Assembly: GCF_009914755.1 (NCBI RefSeq)
Contig: NC_060932.1
Reading direction: 5' to 3' (one strand)
Length of the DNA stretch: 64,000 nucleotides
From: the human T2T-CHM13v2.0 reference genome, Homo sapiens
A program made the position numbers and the translations under genes. Below the pieces are notes generated by a model, which worked only from the letters and a program-made list of their open reading frames with translations, did not search any database and was not told the DNA's origin. Below, in pieces: positions 16,657 to 36,377 of this stretch (position 1 is the first letter of the stretch; each line of letters opens with the position of its first letter).

Positions 16657-17764
16657 GTCCTGTTTTCTTATATTAATAAGAAAAATAAAATGAAATAGTT
16701 GTAAAGTGCTGGGACGGCGAAAATTTTTGGGGGTGGTATGGAGACATAATGGGCGATGTTTCTCAGGGCTGCTTGGAGCGAGACAACGGGCAGCATGGGA
16801 ACTTAGAGTGGGAGAGATGAAGCTGAAGGAAGATTTTGTGGTAAGGGGTGATATTGTGGGGTTGTTAGAAGAAACATTTGTCATTTAGAATTATTGATGA
16901 TGGCCTGGATACAGTTTTGTATGAATTGAAAAACTAAACGGAATAAGAGGAGAAAAACAGGTATTAAGGGACTAAGAATTGGGACCACCCAGGACATCTA
17001 ATTAGAGAGTGCCTGACGAGGTTCAGCATAGCCTTGCCAGCAAAGATTATTTATTTACTTTAAGTGTTAAGAGTGGCAGGTTGGGGATGGCACCAAGAGA
17101 TATCAGCTGTAATGGCTTGGAGAAATAGTGTAAACCAGCAGTGTAATCAAGAGCAGGGCATGTATAAGTAGTTGAGAATGGTGAATAGGAGTATGACTAG
17201 ACAGAAGATAGTAGGGATGACAAGTTTTTTGGGGCACAGTCAAAGTTGGTGTGGTGTCTGGAATGAGACTGGGGCCTAAGAAAAAGGAACATCTATACAG
17301 GAGTTTAAATGGGCTATACCCTGTAGCATTCTGAGGACAGACCTGAATTCTGAGAAGGGAAAGTGGTAAAAGTACTTTCTATTCCTTTTTAAGTGGTGGC
17401 TGAGCTTGGTAAGGTTTTAAAAGACCATTAGTCCGTTTTACCTTTCCTAAATACTGAGGAGCGTAAGGGATATAAAGGTTTCACTGAATACCAAGAGCCT
17501 GAAAAAATGCTTGGCTGATTTGACTAATAAAGGCCGGTCTGCTATTGGACTGTATAGAGGTGGGAAGGCCAAACCGAGAAATTATGTCTGACAGAAGGAA
17601 AGAAATGACAAGGCTAAACTGAAGAATTATGTCTGACAGAAGGGAAGAAATGACTATGGTGGCCTTCTTAGACCCTGTGGGAAAGGCCTCTACTTATCCA
17701 GTGAAAGTGTCTACCTAGACCAAGAGGTATTTTAGTTTGCTGACTCGGGGCATGTTGAGTAAAG

Positions 17765-19276
17765 CTAATTTGCCAGTCTTGGGCAGGGGCAAATCCTGGA
17801 GCTTGATGTGTAGGGAAGGGTGGGGGCCTGAATAATCTCTGAGAAGTAGTAGAATAGCAGATGGAATACTGAGAAGTTATTTCCTTGAGGATAGATTTCT
17901 ATGATGGAAAGGAAATGAGAGGTTCTAAGAGGCGGGCTAGTGGCTAGTACTATAGCATAGCCTGCCTTTGCTGGCGTGGGGCGATTAGGCCTGGTGGAAC
18001 TGCCCTCAATAAACCAAGCGTGATGAGGGTGAGGAACAGGAAAGAAGGAAACATGGGGAAATGGGGTGAATGTCAGATGGATCAGAGAGTTATAGTCATA
18101 GGGGTCAGGTGTGGTATCCAGAATAATGTGGGAGGCCGGATTGAAGTCCGGGCCAGGAACAATGGTAATTGTGGGAGACTCAACAAAGAGTGAATACAGC
18201 TGAAGGAGCCGGGGAGCAGAAAGTATATGTGTCAAGTGTGAGGAAGAAAATAGATTTTGGAAGTTATGAGAACTGTAGAGAGTGAGTTGAGCATAGTTTG
18301 TGATTTTAAGGGCCTCTAAAAGGATTAGGGTGCTGGCGGCTGCCACAAGAAGACTTGAGGGCTAGGCAAAACAGTAAGGTCAAGTAATTTGGGTAAAAAG
18401 GCTACTGGGTGCGGTCCCGGTTCTTGTGTAAGAATTCTGACTGCGCAGCCCACACTTCAGCTGTGGGTAATGAAAAAGGTTGGGATGAGACAGGGAGAGC
18501 AAGGATGGGGGCAGTCTCTAAAGCTGTCTTCAAGGAACGGAAAGAGGAGTGGGGAAAGGACTTAGGATCTATGGGGTCAGCAAGGTTTCCTTTTGTGAGT
18601 TTATATAATGGTTTTGTTAGGATGGCAAAACCAGGTATCTAAAGTCGAAAGTATCCAACCATGCCTAGGAAGGAAAGGAGTTGTTTTATAGGTGTTGGGG
18701 TTTGAGAGATCAGGTGAACACGATTGGCAGGGAGAGCACGTGTGTTTTTATGAGAATTACACCGAGATAGGTAACAGATGAGGAAGAAATTTGGGCTTGA
18801 CTGAAATAATGGGGGCTGTCTGTGAAGCTTTGCGGCAGTACAGCCCGGGTAATCTGCTGAGCCTGATGGGTGTCAGGGTCAGTCCAAGAGAAAGTGAAGA
18901 GAGGCTGGAATGAAGGGCGCAAAGGAATAGTAAAGAAAGCATGTTTGAGATCTAGAACAGAATAATGGGTTGTGGAGGGAGGTATCGAGGTTAGGAGAGT
19001 ATATGGGTTTGGCATCACTGGGTGGATAGGCAAAACAATCTGGTTGATAAGGCGCAGATCCTGAACTAACCTGTAAGGCTTGTCTGGTTCTAGAACAGGT
19101 AAAACGGGGGAATTGTAAGGATAGTTTATAGGCTTTAAGAGGTCATGCTGTAGCAGGCGAGTGATAACAGGCTTTAATCCTTTTAAAGCATGCTGTGGGA
19201 TGGGATATTGGCATTGAGCAGGGTAAGGGTGATTAGGTTTTAATGAGATGATAAGGGGTGCATGATGGGTCGCCAA
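17765..19276 (-). pseudogene. pol: HERV-H pol remnants (RT N-terminus, tether/RNase H)
   Basis: PYNSPVLPV, YRLVQDLRLIN, VLDLKHAFF in ORF 18710-19276; WFIEGSS and KAGYAIV in ORF 17765-18346; no YXDD seen. Confidence 0.85.
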
Positions 19277-19294
19277 GGAGGGAGTAGAGGTATC

Positions 19295-19654
19295 TTATAC
19301 TTGTGGGTTAAGGTCGGGGGATACAAGAGGAGGACGCAACGGAGGCTTTGGATTGGGAAGAAGGGAAGCAATGAGATGTAGCTGTAGTCCAGGAATAGTT
19401 AGGGAAGCAGATAATTTAGTTAAAGTGTCTCGGCCTAATAAGGGAACTGGGCAGGTGGGGATAACTAAAAAGGAGTGCTTAAAAGAGCATTGTCTAAGTT
19501 GGCGCCAGAGTTGGGGAGTTTTAAGAGGTTTAGAAGCCTGGCTGTCAATACCCACAGTGGTTATGGAGGCAAGGGAAACAGGTCCTTGAAAAGAAGGTAA
19601 TGTGGAGTGGGGAGCCTCCATATTGATTAAGAAGGGGACGGTCTTACCCTCCAC
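19295..19654 (-). pseudogene. pro: HERV-H protease remnant, catalytic motif degenerate
   Basis: FLINMEA where LIDTGA is expected; PLLGRDTL retained. Confidence 0.8.
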
Positions 19655-19834
19655 TGTGAGAGTTACCTAAAGCTCGGCATCTGTGTTGGTCTACAGGGCT
19701 TCCGAGGTGATCTGGCAGTGTCAGTCTTCAGCCACTAAGCCGAGAAGATCTGGGAAGGAGTGAGTCAGAGAGTCTTGGGCCAGAGTTCCAGGGGCTCTGG
19801 GAGTGGCTGCCAGGTGAGTTGAACAGTCTGATTT

Positions 19835-20098
19835 TCAGTGGGGTCCTGCACAGACGGGACACGGTTTAGGAGGAATCCTGGGCTGCAGGCATTCCTTGGC
19901 CTGGTGGCCAGATTTCTGGCACTTGTAGCAAGCTCCTGGGGGAGGTGTTTCTGGAGGAACGCCTGGCCGCTGCGGTTCAGGCATTTGGAAGTTCTTGTGT
20001 GCTGGAGATGTGGCTGGGGTTTGTCTCACAGTGGAGGCAAGGAACTGCAACTTAGAAATATGTTGCTTCTTGGCTGCCTCTACTCTATTATTGTACAC
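19835..20098 (-). pseudogene. gag: HERV-H gag remnant (nucleocapsid zinc knuckle)
   Basis: CYKCQKSGHQAKEC = CX2CX4HX4C; a second knuckle CPVCAGPH is cut by a stop. Confidence 0.85.
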
Positions 20099-21525
20099 CT
20101 TGAAGGCGACGTTAATTAAGTCCTGTTGTGGGGTTTGAGGGCTGGAATTTAATTTTTGGAGTTTTATTTAATGTCGGGAGCAGATTGGGTAATAAAATGT
20201 ATATTGAGAATAAGACGGCCCTTTGACCTTTTAGGGTCTAGGGCTGTAAAGCGTCTCAGGGGTGCTGCCAAACGAGCCATGAACTGGGCTGGGTTTTTAT
20301 ATTTGATGAAAAAGAGCCTGAACGCTATCTGTTTTGGGATATCAAAAAAGGAGCACTAACCTTGACTATGCCTTTAGCTCCAGCCACCTTTTAAGAGTAA
20401 ATTGCTGGGCAGGTGGGGGAGGGCTAGTCCCAGAATGAAACAGTAAGCCGGAGCAGGTGTGAGGAGGGGAGGTGATAAAAGGATTATAGAGTGGAGGAAC
20501 GGAGGCTGAGGAAGATTTGGGACCTAGCTCGGCCTGGCGAGGAGGGGAGAGGTCAGATGGGTCTGTAGAAAAGGAAGATTAGAAAGACTCAGCGATGCTT
20601 GGGGTTGGGACTGAGGGGACAGGTAGGAGGGAAAGAAGGAAGATTTGGGATGAGTTGCATGGGAACAGAGACTAGGTAGGGACTGATGTGTAAAAGAATG
20701 CCTGGACGTCAGGCACCTCAGACCATTTGCCCATTCTATGCCAAGAATTATTTAGATCTTGCAGGGTGGAAAAATTGAAAGTGCCATTTTCTGACTATTT
20801 GGAACCACTGTCGAGTTTGTACTGGGGTCAAGCGGCATTGCAGAGGAATATAAGGCATTTAGGTTTTAGGTCAGGTGACAGTTGAAGAGGTTTTAGGTTT
20901 TTAAGAACACAGGCTAAGGGAGAAGAGAGGGGAATGGAGGGCGGAAGGTTGCCCATAGTGAAGGAAGCAAGCCCAGAGAAAAGAGAGAGTAGAGACATGG
21001 AGGGAAGGGGTTCGGGGTTTCTTACCCTCCAGACAAGCGGGAAAGGGGTTGGGGCGCAGATATAAGAGGTCAGGGCGCAGAAATAAGGGATCGGGGTACA
21101 GAGATAAGAGGTTGGGGCGTGGAAATAAGGCAGGCATCCCTGAGTGGTCAGACACCTCTGAAACGTGGGTGAACAATCAGAGAGATGTCCCTGCAATGGG
21201 GAGGCTGCCTTCCGTAGTCCGTGACCAGCGCCGGAGTTTTGGGTCCACGGATAAAACGTGTCTCCTTTGTCTCTACCAGAAAATGAAAGGAATTGAAATT
21301 AACAGAAGGGAGAGATTGAAGGGTGGCGACAAGATTGAAAGGAGAAAGTGGTTGAGGGATAGTGAGGGAGGTTGGAGAAGAGAGTAAGAGGCCGCTTACC
21401 CGATTTAAAATTGGTGAGATGTTCCTTGGGGTGGTGGGTCTGAGGACCTGTGGTGGTAGGTGGATCTTTTTCACGGAGCAAAGAGCAGGAGAACAGGGGA
21501 TTGATCTCCCAAGGGAGGTCCCCCG

Positions 21526-21543
21526 ATCCGAGTCACAGCACCA
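21526..21543 (-). other. Primer binding site for tRNA-His
   Basis: TGGTGCTGTGACTCGGAT, one mismatch to the His PBS TGGTGCCGTGACTCGGAT, 2 nt after the 5' LTR. Confidence 0.9.
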
Positions 21544-21545
21544 CA

Positions 21546-21939
21546 TTTCACTCGCGTCCATGTGAAGACACCACCAAACAGGCTTTGTGTGAGCAATAAA
21601 GCTGTTTATTTCACCTGGGTGCAGGTGGGCTGAGTCCGAAAAGAGAGTCACTGAAGGGAGACTTTGAGTAGGTAAAGGAAAATTACAGTCAAAGGGGGTT
21701 GTTTTCTGGGGGGGCAGGTGTGGAGGGGGTCACAAGATGCTCAGCAGGGGAGTTTTTGAGCCAGGATGAGCCAGGAGAAGGAATTGCACAAGATAATGTC
21801 ATCAGTTAAGGCAGGAACAGGCCATTTTCACTTCTTTTGTGGTGGAATGTCATCAGTTAAGGCAGGAACTGGCCATCTGGATGTGTACATGCAGGTCACA
21901 GGGGATATGATGGCTTAGCTTGGGCTCACAGGCCTGACA
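21546..21939 (-). mobile_element. HERV-H 5' LTR (LTR7 family), lacking the TATA/GC-box segment
   Basis: Starts TGTCAGGCC, ends GAGTGAAA, followed by the PBS; AATAAA at 21605-21610 (-). Confidence 0.93.
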
Positions 21940-23557
21940 ATAAATATAATTATTTATGAAAATTACAAATATTATTTATGTATTTATATAAACAATATCA
22001 TTTATATATAATATTGTCATTTATATATAATTATATGATGAATATTATATTTATATGTATATGCAAAGTTTTGTTATTTTCCTTTTTTGCTAAAACAAAG
22101 TTGGGGCCACAGTCTATTAAATGCATGAACTACATACATGTTTTTTAAACGACATGTAAAATTTTATTTGTTGACCGAGGTATTAGTTCATAGAAGTACG
22201 TTTGCTTAGCATACGCATCATTTAAAACATCCCTGCGTACCTCGATAGATAAAATGCTTCTCACATCTGTAGAAAAATACATAAAGCAACACCAATATAC
22301 AGAAGCAGTCGCATCTAGTACACAGATCACAACGTGCGCATTACATAGACCCTCTGTCGTTCAACACGTGAAGGAAAGCTGTTGGGTTCGAAATCAGGTT
22401 TATAAAGTAGAATTGGCTCCTGGCTAGGCAGAGATGCTATTGCGAGGCTGGTGGAACACTTTTTATTCTTTCTTTTCCTGTATTTTGGAGGGTCAGTAGC
22501 CTGCGAAGCTCCTTGTTTCTGTTCACTGGAGTCAGGCTGCGGCAATTTAGGAATCAGGCAGTCACTCCGGAGGTCCTCTTAGTTATGCAAACCTAGGACG
22601 TGTCCTCCCCCATTACCCTGGGGAGCAATCTGCTTTTGTTTAACAGAGACCATCCCTTTTTAATGGCCAGGTGGAGCAGGGTTAGTTTGCATAAGCAGTC
22701 TTTCCAGGAAGAAAGGAATAAGGTCCCAGCCAAGTACACCAGCTTTTACACTGTACATACATCTGGGTCGCCTCTAACCTAGGTCGCTGCAGACATCAGC
22801 TCTTCAAAGGGGGAAATCATAGACACACGTTGAACCCAAGGCAGGACAGCCAGGGTGAAACATTCTGGGGGCAGCTTTGATTCAGCCTTGAATGTGGCTG
22901 ACAATCTGAGCCCTTTATCACCCTGGACGGTGAATGGAAAAGTGAATGCTATTTGGGAAACAAGGGTTGAATGGGAGGGATATAAAGTAATAAGCGGAAA
23001 TCCAGTATCTGCACACCCTCCAAGCATCATAGTCACAGATGGGTGCGGGATCCGTCTTCAGCAGGGACACTGCTTGGCAGCAAGCAGCCTGAGATTTTTA
23101 GGACCTGACTCTCAGCCCAGTCCTCCACCCCAAGGGCGCTGAGAAGTAAAACTGACTCCCTTCGGGAACATGTGATCCTGAAGTTATTTTTTGGCTATTT
23201 CCAAGAAGAACTGTGATTCCTCAAGAGGGAGATTCTGAATTTGGTGCTCAAAAGGACAGGAGGGTATTTTAGAAGGTCAACTGTGGAGGAAAGGGGACGT
23301 GTTAGCATTGTGAATTTGTAAAGCAGATCATGAATTTCGTTAATTTCTGCATTAATGCATTAATTGAGTTTGTATTTACTATTTTGCCCTCTCTGTAAAT
23401 GGCACTCCTGTCTTCTGAGTTGCTCAAATCAAAACCTTAGTAGTTGTCCTTGAGTCCTCCCTGTCCACAGCAAACATTCATTCCAGGGCACATCCTGCCA
23501 CCCTGAGAAGCACCTCCAGTTCCTTCCGGTACCTGGGTCCCAGTCACTAGGAGCCTG

Positions 23558-24258
23558 TGTAAGGGCATTTGCAAAACAAAAGTGAGAGGCTGAATTCTCC
23601 CTGCAGGAGATAAAGGACCAGACTTTTCCCCCTCTCTTTCTTAGAGCATTTTGTTTAGAAAACCTACAACTGGAAGTACTTTCTCAGTTCCTTTGAAATG
23701 TATGTGGATGTTTACAAAAGCTAAATAAGCCTCCTGTCAGCTTTAAGACCTAGGAATGTCTTTCCTTAGGATCTGAGGCCATCTCTTTGAAATGCATCAT
23801 CAAGGAAGGTAGCGCCCATGCCTACCCCTTCCAGGAAAGGACAGGAGCCTAACTCTTCCGCAGGCACCTGACTCCAAGTTGCAAAACGGCCTCCTTTCAT
23901 AAGGATGTACAAAGTTTATTTTTTCTTCATATAAAACCACAGCTACCACAGATGATCACCCCAATTTCTGGGTGGATCTAGAACGGACTATGTGTTGACC
24001 AAGGGTTGTGTTAAGCCCTCTTGCTAGGGGACTAGTTACTGTTTATCTTGAGAACAAGTCTGTAATGACTTTTATCTGCTTGATAATGAAAGAGATTTCT
24101 TTGCAATTTCTTAGCAGATTGCCAGTGACATGAATCGCATTCTACTTGAAAGCCTATTCAACAATAATAGTGTTTTTATTTTTTTCTCTATTACTTTTGT
24201 GGAGAGGTTTTTCTGGGTAGGCAGAAGTTTTGGTTTTAATTATTTATTTCCCCCAACG
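23558..24258 (+). mobile_element. ERV1-type solo LTR (MER34/MER39-like)
   Basis: TGTAA start; ctttgaaatg motifs; ends tttatttcccccaac; resembles recalled MER39-group LTRs. Confidence 0.5.
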
Positions 24259-24684
24259 CACTTGCCCGAACTTCCTTCTTGTCTACCCCCAGTGCAATCC
24301 ATTCTCTGCACTGCATCTAGGAAGATCTGCTAAGAAGGCACATCGGTTCATGTCACTTCTTTATTTAAAAACCCTTGAGTGGATTCCCATCACTCTAGCT
24401 CCACACCTGGATCTGCTGGTCCCGTGGGATCAGGGCCCTGCCTGCCACACATCCACTGTGCCTCACCCACACCAGCCCCTCATTCTTCCTTGGAATCCAT
24501 GATCTCATTCCTCACATGGGACTTCTCACTGGCTACACGGTTCCCTGAAATGCTCCTTTATCTGGTCTTTGCAAAAATCCTTATTTGGGTCACCCTGAAA
24601 TGCCAGTTTCTCCTCCAGGAAGCCAGTTCCTCAGTCACGCTCTCACATATTAAACTCTTCTATTCTCTGTTCACCCCCATTCTC

Positions 24685-25000
24685 TTTATTTTATTTTTTT
24701 AAATTTGTATTTTTTTTGTGACAGAGTCTCACTCTGTCACCCAGGCTGGTGTGCAGTGACTCAGTCTGGGCTCACTGCAACCGCCACCTCCCGTGTTCAA
24801 GGGATTCTCCTGCCTCAGCCTCCTGAGTAGCTGGGATTACAGGCATGTGCTGCCCTACCCAGCTAATTTTTGAATTTTTGAAAGAGACGGGGTTTTGCCA
24901 TGTTGGCCATGCTGGCCTCGAACTCCTGACCTCAGGTGATCTTGCCCGCCTTGGCATCCCAAAGTGCTGCGATTACAGGTGTGAACCACCGGGCCTGGAC
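24685..25000 (-). mobile_element. Alu (AluS)
   Basis: Antisense dimeric Alu. Confidence 0.9.
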
Positions 25001-26224
25001 TTTTTATTTTCTTAATCATCAATATTTACATGGATTTCTCATTCCCCTGACACACTGAGAGCTCTGTCTTTCATGGTGCCATTTTAGCGGTTGATTAAAA
25101 ATTTTTGGAATTAGAGTTCCAATTCTTTCTCTCTTTTTTTGCTGTAGAAAAAAGTGTTTTAGAAAGCTTACAATTTATTGCTTATAGAACTTTTGTAAGT
25201 GAATTATGTTAAGGCAAGAGTTATTACCTTTGTGGATGCAAGTGAACCATGTATTCATTTTTGTATTGGTGTAAGTGAAGATCTAAGGGCAGAAGTGACT
25301 TCAAAACAGCACAAATATGGTGAGAAGCTGCCTGGGTGAGGTGTCAGGTGTGATGTCTCATTTGCCCCTAAATGTTTGTGGGATGCAGGGCAAGGGCAGA
25401 AAGAGGCTCACAGACCATGTGATTTGATATGTAAAAGTCCTCATGCCTTCCTTGACAAATGTACATTCACAGCGATGTGGGTGGTAGCTGTGGTTTGTAG
25501 TCCTCAGGCTCCCTGGAGAGCATAGCTGAAATTCTGCTACCTGGACGCAGACTCCTCCTGCCCCTGGCCCCCTCCCCGCCTGCTTGCTCCTGAACCGCTA
25601 GCAGTGAACCCATGACATTGTGACCCCTCTGCTGACTTCTCTTATTTCCATGCTCCTTGTATCTCTGACAAACCATTTCAGATACAAGCCAAGCTGTCTA
25701 CCCTCAGGAGGAGAGGCCCAAAGAAAAGGCCCATCCAACCCTACGAGGCAAGCTCAGGTCCATCTGGGCCAGGATGCCAGGGTCTTGAATACGCAGAGGA
25801 TGGCCCAGGACATTCTCCCTTCCCTGTGGGGAGAACATCAGCCAGAGGTGGCCTCTGAGCCTGGGTCAGCAGGCAAGGCCCCCGCCCCCAGTTCTAAAAT
25901 AGAACTGTGGCAAACAGTTAAACCACATCTCCCAACAGTTGAGATTAACATGTGCAGGCACAGAATGAAATGTTACACTAAAAAAACAAAACCAACAACA
26001 AAAAACCAAATTACACATAGATTCACTAAGAATCACAATGAAACCTCCAATCTACTGTACAAAATTAGGCAATGTCAATAATTCACAAGGGGGGAGCAGG
26101 ATCTCCATGGAATCCATGCATTTTCATAGTTCCAGAAGGGAAGCATGTGCTGATGACTTAGGAATTCTCAACCCCATTACAACCACCTCCCGAAATCTGC
26201 AGGTCGCCAATTGTTTACTTTCTA

Positions 26225-26437
<213 letters not shown>

Positions 26438-26486
26438 TCATTAAAACCTTTACTGTAATAGGAAGAATGAAATTTTAACTTGCAAT

Positions 26487-26620
26487 TAGGGTGATGACAC
26501 GTTCAGCCTTATCCAGGACAGTACTGGCTTGCACCTGTTGTCTCAGCATAGTGATGAACAGCACCCATGTTTACTCTTAAAATATCCCAATTTGAATAAA
26601 AATTACATAATCTTCCCACC
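26487..26620 (-). mobile_element. Short hAT-type MITE (MER94-like)
   Basis: agggtga terminus and internal similarity to recalled MER94; diverged. Confidence 0.4.
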
Positions 26621-26751
26621 TATGAAGTCCTTTAAAACTGGAGTTTCAGAAGAATAAGGGAAATGGCTGGAAGTGTGAGACAGACAACAGGGAAAATCCA
26701 GTGACATCAGTGAAGCCCCTCTGCCAGGTACGCCTGTAATCAATTCCCTCC

Positions 26752-26866
26752 CTTTTTTTTTTTTTTTTTTTTTTTTTTTGGAGACGTAGTCTCGCTCTGT
26801 CGCCCAGCCTGGAGTACAGTGGCGCGATCTCAGCTCACTGCAAGTTCCACCTCCTGGGTTCACGCT
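26752..26866 (-). mobile_element. 5'-truncated Alu (AluY-like right-arm end)
   Basis: Long poly-T plus ~85 nt of antisense Alu 3' end. Confidence 0.85.
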
Positions 26867-27441
26867 CCCTCACTCTTTTTACTCATGTCAGCAATACTTG
26901 ATTTGTTTTTATTTCTTAAGATAATTTTGGTAAATTTCTATTATTTACTGCCAAACAGCTTTGACTAACACGTTCTCTCCCATCTCTGGGCCTTTTGCAA
27001 ACGTGTCCATAGCTAGGGACAATTTTACCCTATTCTCTTGTTCACTTGGCTAAATTCTACTTACTCTATTAATCTTAGGTTAAATACCACATTTTCAAGA
27101 CTGAGGTCCTTGATTCCCGCAGCTCTATGATAAATGCTGTTTAGAGGCTCCCTGACCTTTTCTAGTCAGAAAAATTGTTCCCCGCACTCCACCTCGGTCT
27201 GCTTTTACCTTCTCTAGAAGGTGCACTTGCTGAGCTCAGATGCTGTAATTGTCCTGCTCGTTGATAAACCAAGTAGCTTCACAGTGTGCAGCGTACAGTG
27301 GGTTCTCAAAAAATGTTTGTCGAATGAAGTGTTTAAAGCCCTTAGCCCGAGAATTGGCCCCTAGCAGGTATTAAATAGTAACTATTATAAGCTGTATCAT
27401 GATGTAACAAACGATATGAAGAATCAAGATGCACTGTGAGT

Positions 27442-27811
<370 letters not shown>

Positions 27812-28289
27812 TAAGTTTACAATCGTATAAATACACACACACACATATATACATATAGGAGATAATGTAAACATGTAATTAAAACATTGATGTATTAACT
27901 TCAAACATGTAATGTAAATTTTGAGTGAAAAAGAAATAATAGACATTTATAATAAGCTCCAAGAAGCAAGAGAATGTGTTTATTTCCGTTTTTTTAAATC
28001 TAATCAATTTCCATGTCTAAACTTCATTAGGGAAAACTTTGTTTGCAATTTAGTGATGTTTATTTTGCAAATGGCTAATGGCACTGTGTTTCTATGAAAT
28101 GTTTAGAAATGGATCGAAAATGCTATTGCAAAGCCAACTAAATTATAGACATGAAATAAATGTCAAGGACAAAATTATTATATTTTGCATGTCAGGTTAA
28201 AAACTAGTGAACAGTATTTCAAAAATGTAGGTTATTATAAAAGGTAGCATGGTATAAAGCAGACTCCATGTGACCAAGTACATATTTTT

Positions 28290-34244
<5,955 letters not shown>

Positions 34245-34276
34245 CCAAGTACACATTTTTATAGAAGACAATGACT

Positions 34277-34561
34277 GAGCCGGGTGAGGTGGCTCACACC
34301 TGTAATCCCAGGACTTTGGGGGGCTGAGGCAGACCAATCACCTGAGGTCAGGAGTTCCAGACCAGCCTGGCCAACATGGTGAAACCTCCTCTGTACTAAA
34401 AATATAAAAATTAGCTGGGCGTGGTGGTGGCACCTGTAATCCCAACTACTCAGGGGGCTGAGGCAGGAGAATTGCTTGAACCTGGGAGGCAGAGGTTTCA
34501 GTGGGCTGATATTGTTTGACAGAGCAAGACTAAGTCTCAAGAAAAAAAAAAAAAAAAAAAA
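34277..34561 (+). mobile_element. Alu (AluS) with a small internal deletion
   Basis: Dimeric Alu with A tail. Confidence 0.9.
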
Positions 34562-35241
34562 GAGAAGAAAGGAAGGAAAGAAAGGAAGGAAACAAACCAC
34601 AACTGTTGTAACAATGGCAGTAGGCAGACACTGTGCCCCAGCAGTACATGTTGCAGCCATCCTGAAATAAGTTCATTGTCCCCTTCTCCTAACTTTTTAT
34701 TGATGCTTCAGATCTAGCTACTATATCTATAGATATATAAAAGACATCTCCTTTAGGATTTATTGCATGCACTAAAAAAGCTATAATCTTGCCCCTTTTG
34801 CTTTATGTCTCCTGACAAATGAACCAACAACACTGGCTGTTTCTTACTTTTGACTCTGAATCCCACTTCCAACATGTGTGCCTTGCAAGAACACCCACAC
34901 TTCCAGAACTGGATCCTGCAGCCACCCATATGCCTGTCAACACCCAGAAAGTCCACCTTTGATGTCTGCATGTTTAAATCCTGACTCAGAAAAGGGACAT
35001 CTTGTGTATGTTATTTAACCAAAGGCATCTTTTCTTGTAAGAACACTCTGAGTCACAGGATTCTTATTTTAATTTTTCCTTTCCAAGGTAGTTATGTTAG
35101 GAGGAGATTTTTCAACTCTTAGCCAAAAAAATTCACAATGCAAAAATAGAATGTTAACTAACAAAATTTTACATTATCTAAAACTCAGTAAATTGAGAAG
35201 AGAAAATAAAATATTTGTAAGAGAATTTTCATTACTATTCA

Positions 35242-35586
<345 letters not shown>

Positions 35587-36377
35587 CTACTGCATGTCAG
35601 TTCTACTCACTTGGGACACATCAATCAACAAATTAGGATCTCTTTCCTTGTGGAGGTTAGATTCTCAAGGGAGGAGATAACAATACAAAATACAACCAAG
35701 TAATAAATGAAATATTATGGATATGGACAGTGACAGTGCGTTGGGATAAAGAAGACAGGAGTGTCGATGGCACTGAGAGTGCTGGGGGGCAGTTGGTGGT
35801 GATTTCAGGTGGGCTGGTCATGGAAGTTCCCCTGAGATGATGACACATATTTTAAGATAGAGACAGAATCAGCCTTGCAGGTACCTGGGGCCAAGGCTAC
35901 TGAGAAGGAGAACTGAAGTTTCTATCAAAGACCCTAAACGGTGGGCCTAGAGCCTTGTTGGAGAAGCATGGACATTTCTGGGGCTGGAGCTGAGAAGGGG
36001 GTGGATGATGAGGCTTCCAAGGGAGGTGTGAGGGCGATCGGTGGGTGGGGTGAGGGGAGAATTGCAGGCAGCTGCAAGGGACTTGGGGCTTGACTCAGTG
36101 ATCCAGGGGCCATTGCTGGGTTCTGAAAATGTTACAAGGGCGTGAAGCTTATATTTTAAAGAATTAATGTAGCCACTGTGTTCAGGACAGACCATGGAGA
36201 GGCCGTGAGACCAGGTGGAAGGCTACTGCAGGGGCATGGCAGGAGATTGGAGGAGACTCAGCCATGGGAGATGGTGTCGAGTAGACAGACAGGGCCCCAT
36301 TCTCATAAATTTTATAGGTATGTCCAATAAGGTTTCTGGATGGGCTGCATGTGGGATATGAAAGACAGAATATGAGA

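Larger units (their letters stand above)
16241..21939 (-). mobile_element. HERV-H provirus (common internally deleted ~5.7 kb form), same orientation as CSMD1
   Basis: Two LTR7-type LTRs, tRNA-His PBS, degenerate gag/pro/pol, purine-rich tract before the 3' LTR, 5-bp TSD ATAAA at 16236-16240 and 21940-21944. Confidence 0.95.

Noticed and set aside
16657-21525. HERV-H as coding-competent or env-bearing
   Set aside because: Stops and frameshifts in gag and pol, degenerate protease site, no YXDD, no env ORF; size fits the common deleted form
25620-26081. 153-aa plus-strand ORF (also 55189-55695 on minus)
   Set aside because: No domain similarity, no convincing splice structure or codon bias
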